A DNA stretch of 62,911 nt, the filler included, from Basidioascus undulatus (lineage: Eukaryota): assembly GCA_000826855.1 (NCBI GenBank). It is 5 parts of 5 records of this genome, joined end to end, with 100 filler letters (N's around TTAATTAATTAA, not from the genome) between each part and the next. Parts side by side here need not be neighbours in the genome. Positions count along the whole stretch, not along the records: positions 50,433 to 62,911 come from JTLS01000902.1; 4 more parts are not named here. One strand, 5' to 3'. This document shows, in pieces, positions 54,105-62,911 of this stretch. The notes below the pieces were generated by a model that made no database searches, had not been told where the DNA came from, and saw only the letters and a list, made by a program, of their open reading frames with translations. Position numbers and translations under genes: made by a program. Positions within the stretch are counted from its first letter, which is position 1. Each line of letters begins with the position of its first letter.

Positions 54105-56311
54105 GCTGGCAGTCGGGTAGAGTTATAGGGGCGAGGACTGTTACAGAGATAATGAATGCAGGGGGATTTGAGGAAGAGGTCGAGCTGATGGGGAGAGGTG
54201 ACCGCAAGCAGCGGCCTTTCTATACCTTTCGGAGGACCAGGTGCCCCGCACATGAATGGGTCGCTAGATGAAAGACCGAAGGAATGCATTACCTTGGCAC
54301 GCACGCGAGTTATTCGTCTCATATTCATGGAGAGCGCTGGACTGGTTCAGCCATTTGAAAGCGCGATGTACAAGAGTTCTGTTTGACAGAAATTGGGTCT
54401 GTGCGGCGTGCTTCATTTGTGTATCCGACATCGGGTCTATTTACTGAGCATGGATAGCATAGAGTGAGACCAGTTAGTTGTGAATCAGGGCGAAGATAGT
54501 AATCAATGCAGGCGAGTAGAGAAGGAGGCGAGCAGGAGGCGAGCAGGAACGGACTAGTGAATGATGATAAGCTCGGATAAGCTCGGACCTGACCGAGACG
54601 ACACGGGAGTTTGAGTGTAGAAGGAGATGTAGGCCACTTCATGAAGAATAAAGGCCTTGAAGAACCTTGTTTGCCCCAGCTTTAATACGAAGCACGTCGA
54701 TCTCCGTGGGTATCTGAAAGCACTTCCGAGCACGCGAGCAGAATCCCGCGACATGCCCGGACAGAACCTCGCTGCTTGGCTCATACAGAGCACGCAAGGA
54801 AGACACAGCTAAAATGAGGTAAACTTCAATCTTCATTGATAACTTTATGAATGAGGTGACTGTGAGTGTGCTAGACGTTACCCCAAGGAATCAAGCATGG
54901 AAGCGCGGCGACACCGTTCGACGGGATCCATCAGCGGCAAGTCAGGATCGAGCGGATGGATTCCAATCGCATCACAGAAGAGGTGTACATTGAACTGGTG
55001 CAGGATATTATCGGATCTCAAAGAAGAGACTACTTGGTCTCGGAGGAGGTCGGCCAAGGTCGGCCTTTGGGAACAGGGAGTGCGGATTGCTGTGTGGAAT
55101 TGTATCGTTTTACAGTCGCTCATTCTTCGATTCCAGCTCTTCGAGCCGCTAAATGACATGAAATATATGTGCCTTGATTTAAACAGAAAATCGTCTATTC
55201 ACGGCAAGATTAACAGTGCAGTGTTATGATGAGTTTCCCTCGTGCATGTGGTTGAGGGAATACCCCGTTTGCAGTCCTTTCGCATTGCCGCTTCCTGTTC
55301 CTGACATTCTTCCTTAAAATATGCAATACTTACTCCCGAATCTTCGAAATATCTTTCCCTTGCTCCCGCTGGTCATCGTGCGGGCATCCTGAGGCGGATA
55401 CGTTCTTACCGCCTACTGGTATCTATGGGGACTCCTCTATCCGCCATTAAGCCAAGGAAGAGCAAGTTGAAGGAGCTGATCAGACAGAAATAATCTTTAT
55501 AATACTACATGTCTGTTGAAACGGAGATGCGAGCACAAAGACTTTCAGGGTCAGCCGCCGTATCTGCTATGGGCACCTCAGTGTGTCCTGTATTGACCAC
55601 CAATACTGGCTGGAATTCTCCCCAGCTCTCAATATTCGGGGTCGGCTCAGCTTGCCCGCAGGCCTGACGAGCTGCTCACTAGCCTCTTACAACCCAACGC
55701 AGCGCAACTGGGCTGTTGGGGGTCGCCAGTGAATCTCGGGGGTCAAGTATGGCTCAAAAGTGTGAGTCCCCCTCTTACTTCATCAGATACTGCAAGCGGA
55801 GTGTGGGAAGGTGGACCTAGCTGGCGACGACCGTGGCCAAGCTTATTTGCTGGAGTCGATCGAGTATTCAACATGCATTTGGTCAGGGCCACAATAATTT
55901 ACCTCATTCGAACGGTTCGAAGTATCACTCCCTGAACTCAGCTCATGTTATGCGACCGAAAGTTACAAATTTTCATATCAGGGGGTTTTCCGCCTTGATT
56001 CGTGCCCCCTCAGGGGCAGCAGTTGCAGGCCCTGCAGCGCTTCGTCAGGCAAACCGGATGATAAGCAGTCTGGGTACAGCGGTCCCTGACGTTTATTTGT
56101 ACCGTAAGCAGGACTTTAACATGGTTCAGGTAAGTATTCATACACTTCACTTCGAGCTTTGCGCGAGCAGCCGATGAATATAAAATACAAATTGCGTCAC
56201 GTCGAACGCGCTCACAGCCTGACGCTCGGCCTTCTAGGCTTGTTCTCCCACCATCACCTTCGTTTCCTCCCATCTCTGTTTGAGTCTCGGCTGACAAGAA
56301 CGCATTCGATC

Positions 56312-58589
56312 ATGTCTCTGAAATCCTTCCCACACCCGACCATCCTTCTTCTGCCTCTCCCTCTGCTTCTGTTTGTTCTTGGGAGATCGACAAGCGGGCC
56401 CAACGTAGGCGCGGCTCCTCCGAAGGACAAGACGCCGGGCGAAAGCGCGGTGCACGTCAGCCACCGTGTAACTATTGAAATGGCCGGTAAATAGGAGATT
56501 GCAGGGCCCACGGTGAAGAAGCTGACGTGGTGGGCCGCTTCACCATGACAGACGAGCATGGCAGGCTTCTCGCCGGTGCGTTCCACGTTCATGCTCTATC
56601 CAAGACTGAGCCAACTTACGGGGAAGTATTTACAGGCGAAATGCTTAAAATGATTGATATCGCGGCCGGAGTCGTCGCGCGCCGTCATGCGGGTGAGCAC
56701 ACACCTCAATGGCGATGTTATCGCAGGCGACGCTGATCGCCGAGCCGTTCGTTATCATCCAGGCATGCAGGCCGTAACTATCTCATTGGACCGGGTGCGT
56801 CCTCCGAAAATGACTCCCTCTAAGGTGTCCCGGGAGTGCTGAGGATGACTTACTTTGAGCGTGCAGTTCATCCTCTTGCGGGAGATGCGCGTCGGGGACA
56901 TCGTCCACCTTGACGCGGCAGTCAATCGCGCATGGGGATCGTCCATGGGTGAGAACATTCACATACTCTATCAATGACTGCAAATAATTAAGTACGCTCA
57001 CGCTGGACCCGCAGAGACTGGCGTGAAGGTTGTGAAGGAAGATGGAAAGACCGGCGTCAAGTCGTACTCTTGCCACGGTTCGTTCGACAGCCCTGCCTCT
57101 TTGTCCAAATTGTTCTCTTAGCCTTGAAGTCTTCTTCATGCAGCGTATCTCACATTTGTCGCCATCTCGTCCGACTCTCGCAGCGGCGAAACCAACGGCA
57201 AAGACCGCTCTTCCCGCTCCCCACCCTCATCTCTGCGTCTGTCCACGTCGACAGCCTCCACACGCCCTCGTCCTTCCAAGGCGCTCGTGCCAGCCCTACA
57301 CCCTACCACGCTCCTTGAACGCAAGCGCTACCTCCTTGCGGGTCGCCGCCGGTCCCTCCGCACCTCTGCTCCGCGCACCTCCCTCTCTTCCTTCCGCGAT
57401 GCCATCCTCGCCCTCGGGCCCTCTACCACGGCGCCTGATCCACCTGGCACCGAGGAGCGAGTGCGCGAGATGGAGGCGACGCTACTGGCCGATGCGCTGC
57501 GCGCTGGGGACGAGAGCTTGCGGGTCACAGAGGATGGGTGGGTTGAGGCGCGCGAGGAGGGCTGGGGAGGGGAGAAGGTCCGGTGCAGGGAAGAGGACGT
57601 CCGGAGGGTGATGGAGGAAAGGGCGAGGTTGGGGGCGAGGGCAGGCGCTGGGAGCTATAGTTTGGGGAGGAGAGGCACGGTGGATGTGCGCTATGAGGAG
57701 CTGGGTGACGAGGCTCAACGCAATGTCGGAGTCAGGGAAGCGGAGAACAGGACGCTCACGATCGCGGACACTCTCACCGCCGCGATGCATATCGTCATGC
57801 CGCAGCACGCGTAAGTCGCTGTCTATCAGTTGGCCGCTTGTGGGAGTGGGACCTGCGGCTGATGCAATTTGGAAGGGCAGCAATTCTGTCGGGGTTCTGT
57901 TCGGCGGGCAGCTCATGGGTAGGAACAGCTCAGTTGTAGGCGTTTATCCAGAAGGCTTACTTGGCTGGGGAATGATACCGCAGCGTGGATGGAGGAGGTC
58001 GCGCTACTGGCTGCTCATGCGGTGCGCAGAGACTGCGAGTGGGCTACTGCTGGGTACGAGTTCTGTGTTTTTTTCTTCATCTCACGTCGCTTGGTTCGCT
58101 CTGACGCCCTTTTGGTTTCCGATAGAATGGATGGGTGCGTACAGCCGTAGTGAATCCGCTAAAACTGCTAACAGAATAGGCTTTGTCTGGCAGGCTCGAG
58201 TTCCGCTCGGCGGTGGCCGTGGGCGAAGTGTGCGTTCCAGCTCCTTTTGTGGCCCGTGCTTACAACAGAAGTTTCTCTTTTCCCTCTCTACCTACAGCCT
58301 TACATTCCGCGCTGTCGTCCTCCGGGTCTGGCGTACCTCTCTCGAAGTATACGTGACGTCGCACGCTGACCAGACCCCGCCTTCGTCCGAGCCGCGCTTC
58401 ACCAATGACTGCTTCCTCACGCTCGTCGCCGTTGACTCTGTAGATGGCCGCGTCGGAGCGCGTATGGACGTGCATGAGGAGAGCGACGATGTGCGGCGGG
58501 TGGTTGAGGGCGGAGAGGCGAGGAGAAGGGAAAGGTTGGAAGCGCGGGAAGTGCTTGAAAGGGTCTATGCAGGGGTGCATCATGGGTGA
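56312..58589 (+). CDS. Acyl-CoA thioesterase, double hotdog fold (YciA/ACOT7-like), multi-exon
   Basis: GEMLKMIDIAAGVVARRHA, VGDIVHLDAAVNRAWGSSM|ETGVKV, IVMPQHA|NSVGVLFGGQLM|AWMEEVA, VLRVWRTSLEVYV, TNDCFLTLVAVD. Confidence 0.88.
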
Positions 58590-58903
58590 AGTACCCCCAT
58601 CGAACAAATGGCTTGGAATTATACGGCTGCATTTGTGAGCATGTAGGCTGGACAGGGTCGGTCCGATGATGCTGTCTGAAGACCGCAAGGACCTGGCTTT
58701 TGGGATTTCACGTGAAGTAAACACCTTCTTCGTGCATATGAAGACTTTGGAGAATTAAAGATGTTCATTCAAAGGGTATGATATCCGTGTCAGACGTGGC
58801 TGCCCGTCCGGTTGCAGTTGCGGCTGGGAGCTTATTCTCGAATCGCCTGCGGCGCTCCCTCACGTCTTTCCCACCGTGCTTCACCGCTTTTGCTTGCCGA
58901 GCA

Positions 58904-60736
58904 ATGTCGTCTCCTCCCTCCAGTGATTCATCATCTATTGATTACTCTCAGCTTTAATACGCGTATGTTTTACTTCTATTGCGTATCTGTGAGGTCAAGA
59001 AAGAGCGCGGCGGCGTGCTGATCCCAAATCCAGCCCGCATGAGGAGATCCACGACCGCAACCACAGGCCCGAACGATCTTCAACTTGATGAACGACGCAG
59101 GGATCGACATGGTCGACATCCTCTCGTTCTCTCGACGTAACCCGTACATAAGCCGCTATTATGAACTTGTGTCAGGCGTGATTGAGCGGGACGGCCTCGA
59201 GGAGCGCTTCGCAAAGGAAAAGGCGGTTCTTGTACGTACCCCGTCTTCCGACGAGCACATTTGCACGCTTTGACTATGCATTTATCACTTCAAGGTCAGC
59301 ACCTCCACATTCACCAAGATACTAGCCGTGGTTCTCTCGACCGTTGCCGCATTCGCCGACAACCGTCTACGCCCTCTCGCTCATGAACCGAGCCACTCGC
59401 GCCGCCGTCTTCCCTTCGCTGTTCTGAGGGGTCAAACTTCCGTGCTGGATGAATCCTGGCCTAGACGCTTTTGACTATGACGAGGACGGGAAGGAAAAGC
59501 TGCGCTCGCTCATTTGTCTACGGTGGATGCGCAACACGCCGTCGGCGCGCAACAACGTTCGGTCCGTCAAGTTGTTGAAAGCGTTTTCGAAACTCACTTA
59601 CCCATTCCCGCCTGTACTTCAGCGCCGTCGAATTGGTCCGGAACTCCCTTGCTCCGATGAGGCCATCGACTTCATTCTTCGCAAGCCTCACGAGTTCGCT
59701 CCGCACCCGACCAAATTCAGCCTCTTCACCCCAGGCACAATGCCATCCAAATTCGTTTCTACCCAATCTTCCGCGTCTTCGCGCTCTCGATCTTTATTTT
59801 AGTGTCGGTCAGGCGGAGCTCGCTGGTGACATTCGATACCTACTCTATGCGCTTCTTCATGCGCTCGCTGCCCTCGAAGAGCTCCGTCTCCGCTTCGAAC
59901 ATACGATCAGGTCTCGCACCCGGTTCATTCCCGCTGAAATAGCACCGGACTTTCTTCCCCGCCTACCTTCCCTCGAGGCTTCCAACGGTCTCCTTCTCGG
60001 CGTTCTCATCGCCAGCTCCCGCCCGCTTCGCTACTTGAAGCTATTCGCGCTGCACCCATACCGCGCTCTTCCACGCAGTTGCTGGCACCTCAAGAGCGAC
60101 ACCTCCATCTCAACGCACAAGCTCTCGTGTCATGACCTTCGCGCGTGTCGCGCTTCATTCCAGAACCCGCATGTCACCGCTCTCGAAATTCGAATTGCGG
60201 CCCCTGACCCGGCGATCGTTGAGATTCTCGCCGAGCTCTTCCCTCACGTGTCGGACTTGGCCCTTGTATGGCAGGGAAGCGAGTGGGATCATAGCATGAC
60301 ACGTTCGCGAAAGGTAAATGCTCGACGCCTCAATTTTCCCTTTAATCTCGAAGTCAGTCGTGCTGACGCACTTGCTTCTGATCTCTAGTTGTGCTCATGG
60401 CTGCTCTCCCACGCTTTCAGTATCTGCGTCACCTCACCATAGCTGCTCTGCGGTGGGAGCTCAAAGGCGCTGACGCCTCGTGGAACCAGGCCAAGTACCT
60501 CAAAAGTCGAGGCCGACACGTTTGCTGCAGACTTGGCCCGTGACTGCCCTACTCTGGAGAGCGTCGCACTCCGCTGCGGTCTGGAGAGTTTGGGGTGGGA
60601 CGATGAGGGCGATCCACCTAGGTCCGAGCGGAGGGCCTACGTTCATCGAGCGGACGACGGCTCAGTCGTTGAGGTCACTTCGAAGCGCGTGAGCTTCCAG
60701 CCTGACGACCGGCATCGCATTATTCACTGGCTATGA
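58904..60736 (+). CDS. Hypothetical F-box/LRR-like protein, spliced, apparent frameshift ~59740
   Basis: LPRLRALDL, LAALEELRL, FPHVSDLAL, ARDCPTLESVAL. Exon structure only partly resolved. Confidence 0.5.
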
Positions 60737-61357
60737 ACTACTTTTGCATGTTCATGGCATTCGAGAATTTTTTGCTCCTGGTGTATATCTTAGCTGACAA
60801 TGTCTGGTCTGCCTTAGTGTACGTTAAACGTTGCGGGCAGAACTTGAGAGTGTGGGAGGCGCTGCGGCGGCTCGCCTGAAGAACTAGCTGCCGCGATTTG
60901 AGCCTGACTCTGATTCTGGATCGATAGTGATGGGGAACATGGGCCAGCTTTCGAATTCGGAAACTTTTGCGTTTGAGCATCCAATGGGACATCTAGGCAG
61001 ACGACCTGTTTGTTGGTGCGCTGGGAGGCTCACACGTATACGGCCTGTTGCGCGGACGAGGGACTGTGCTCTGACTTGTTCTATCCAGGCTTTCCGGTTC
61101 AGAAATTTGTCCCTTTATAACTGACGGATGTGTGCGTCTGCTTCATACCCACCCGCACGGTAGCCCAAGCCGATCTGGTTTGCCGCAGAGACAAGCGGGA
61201 GTTCGAAGAGCCGGAACTAAGTGATGTGGGCGACAGCGATCAACATCAACTGGTATGATCCGGATAGAAGGGGGGACAAACTGAAATCCCTTACTTCTCC
61301 ATCTTCTCCAGCTTTGCCCTCTGCCTCGCTTCCTACCTGATTCCGAGCGCTAAAGCG

Positions 61358-61858
61358 CTACCTCCATACGGTTCCCTCTCCACCACGTCCTGCACCAACC
61401 ACGGTCCCTGCCCCGGCTTCGGAAGCCAGATGACCCCCTCCGGGCGGGAAGATGCGCTCCCGGTCATATCCTGAATGCGCACCCACGCAAGCACCTCGAG
61501 CGCGGGGCACGTGGCACGCCGGAGCGTAGCGCGCAGCGTCTTCCGCCTCAGGCATAGCCGTATCGTACAGGGCGATGCTCAAGGCTTTGAGGCGCAGGTG
61601 GGCAGCTTGGATGAATTCGGGTATCATCTGGTTGGTGCTGGAGGGGCTCTCCGGGAGGATCAGGAGAAGCAATGGAAGAAGAAAGGAGTGTGCGCTCATG
61701 GCACGGTCCGACATTGCTCGCCTCGGCTCGCCCTCGTTGAGCAGCAGGTTATTCAGCTTCTCTGTCAGTTTCCCCAACGCATAACGAAACTTCTGCGTAT
61801 CCGGCGATTTCATAGCCGCCTGCCAGTTGAGAATCCACAGGCCCAGCAAATTCCGCAA
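61358..61858 (-). CDS. Hypothetical protein fragment abutting repeat copy B
   Basis: 166-codon helical-looking ORF whose 5' end coincides with the inner edge of the repeat. Confidence 0.3.
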   Translation of the reverse strand: MRNLLGLWILNWQAAMKSPDTQKFRYALGKLTEKLNNLLLNEGEPRRAMSDRAMSAHSFLLPLLLLILPESPSSTNQMIPEFIQAAHLRLKALSIALYDTAMPEAEDAARYAPACHVPRARGACVGAHSGYDRERIFPPGGGHLASEAGAGTVVGAGRGGEGTVWR

Positions 61859-61869
61859 GCCTTCCTGCG

Positions 61870-62911
61870 GTACCGTCCGCCAGGCTCTTCAGATCATTGA
61901 TTCTCCACCAGGCATCCTCTTCAGACTAGATCGTCCACTTTCTAGTATGTTCTTCAGATGTTGCGAACGTCTTCCAGGCTCTGCGATTTAGGCCACCGTC
62001 CGGCAGGCCTTCGTGGCCTTCGCGCATTTCATCCGCTCAGCTCCAGCTTCCCAAACATTATAAAGCATCTCCAGCCAATTCCACAGACCAAGACGTGAGC
62101 CATTCAAGGCTTCGTGATGAGACGCTCGAAGGGACTGTTGAGTATGCGGCGGAAACGGTGAATTGCGTCTGGCGGACGGTGGTGGATGCTGGAATAAGCT
62201 GGCGGACGGTCAGGAATGGACTAATGTGCCGTTTGAAACGCCCAAATCAATTGCTTGACCCAAGCGGCACGGTTCGCCTCAGCCGCAACCAAATGCCTTA
62301 TCTTTCGGTCAGAAAGTTATGACCACTGATTACATCTTGCTGAATTATGGGGAAAGCGTACAGGTCTGGATGCGAACAGGTGCGTCTCGAACTCGAGCTC
62401 CAGACGAAGCTTCGTCTGCGCGTTGCCCAGCGGACTATGACCTTCTGCTTCTGACTACAATCGCGCAGGCCTGAATGCTCCAGATCTATTTATTCTAATG
62501 CGGGAGTGCAAGCGGACGGTGGTTTTGGGAGGATGAACAATGACCCTTGCGGCATTGACAGCCTCGCACGGTGGACGACGACAATCGCGACTGTTCGCCA
62601 TCCAATTCAGCATTAGCTTTGAGCAAACGAATAGAAGTGTATCGATAGCTTAGTCTAGCGGACGGCCACGCATTACCCTTGGCCATCACCCTTGAAGCCT
62701 AGTCAGCTGCTGGCGGACGGTCGCGATTCAGTTCAGCCCCTGACGGACGGTCGCTGTACGCATGGATGTCCCTTGAAGCGCTAACACCGGGTCGTCGAGT
62801 CTGCAATCGTGAACCATCAGCAAATGTAGAAATTCGGAAGAGGTTGGTTCCTGGGCTTTATTCCCATGATCAAGTTTACCCGAGTGCAACTTCGCAACGT
62901 CGACACGAACG
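61870..62911 (-). repeat. Dispersed repeat copy B (inverted relative to copy A; runs off the window)
   Basis: The last 210 bp are the reverse complement of 51250-51460. ACCGTCCGCCAGGCTCTTCAGA at ~61872 mirrors TCTGAAGCGCCTGGCGGACGGT at ~52367. Both copies share the translated string RL[NS]RNQMPYL. Confidence 0.85.

Noticed and set aside
54400..56200. Possible degenerate gene or transposon remnant
   Set aside because: Only short ORFs with no identifiable motif; a call cannot be supported without a search.

Overview
Eukaryotic scaffold from an intron-rich basidiomycete fungus, judged from short GT-AG introns, high GC3, fungal eEF3 and a Cpl1/PriA-like gene. It has four assembly gaps, each padded with an artificial TTAATTAATTAA linker. 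Recognisable genes: Old Yellow Enzyme-type oxidoreductase, NDR kinase (Cbk1/Orb6/COT-1), TPR protein Emw1/TTC27, secreted GH1 beta-glucosidase, frameshifted nitrilase, kelch protein, NAT9-type GNAT, mitochondrial uS2, steroid 5-alpha-reductase family protein, EMC2, TMEM42, Ste6-like ABCB exporter, eEF3, PriA/Cpl1-like secreted protein, double-hotdog acyl-CoA thioesterase, and several divergent F-box/LRR-like genes. Three features stand out. (1) A circularly permuted tRNA-Arg(ACG) gene at 12448-12520, with the 3' half upstream of the 5' half, a bulge-helix-bulge-like junction at 37/38, a candidate upstream A-box and a T5 terminator. I know this arrangement from red/green algae, chlorarachniophytes and an archaeon, not from fungi. 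(2) A spliced DUF3435/Starship-captain-like tyrosine recombinase plus an AT-hook gene in a ~7.7 kb block bounded by a TTAC-containing direct repeat. (3) Two inverted copies of a ~1.1 kb motif-rich repeat flanking ~9.4 kb of genes. All calls were made by eye; no database searches were run.
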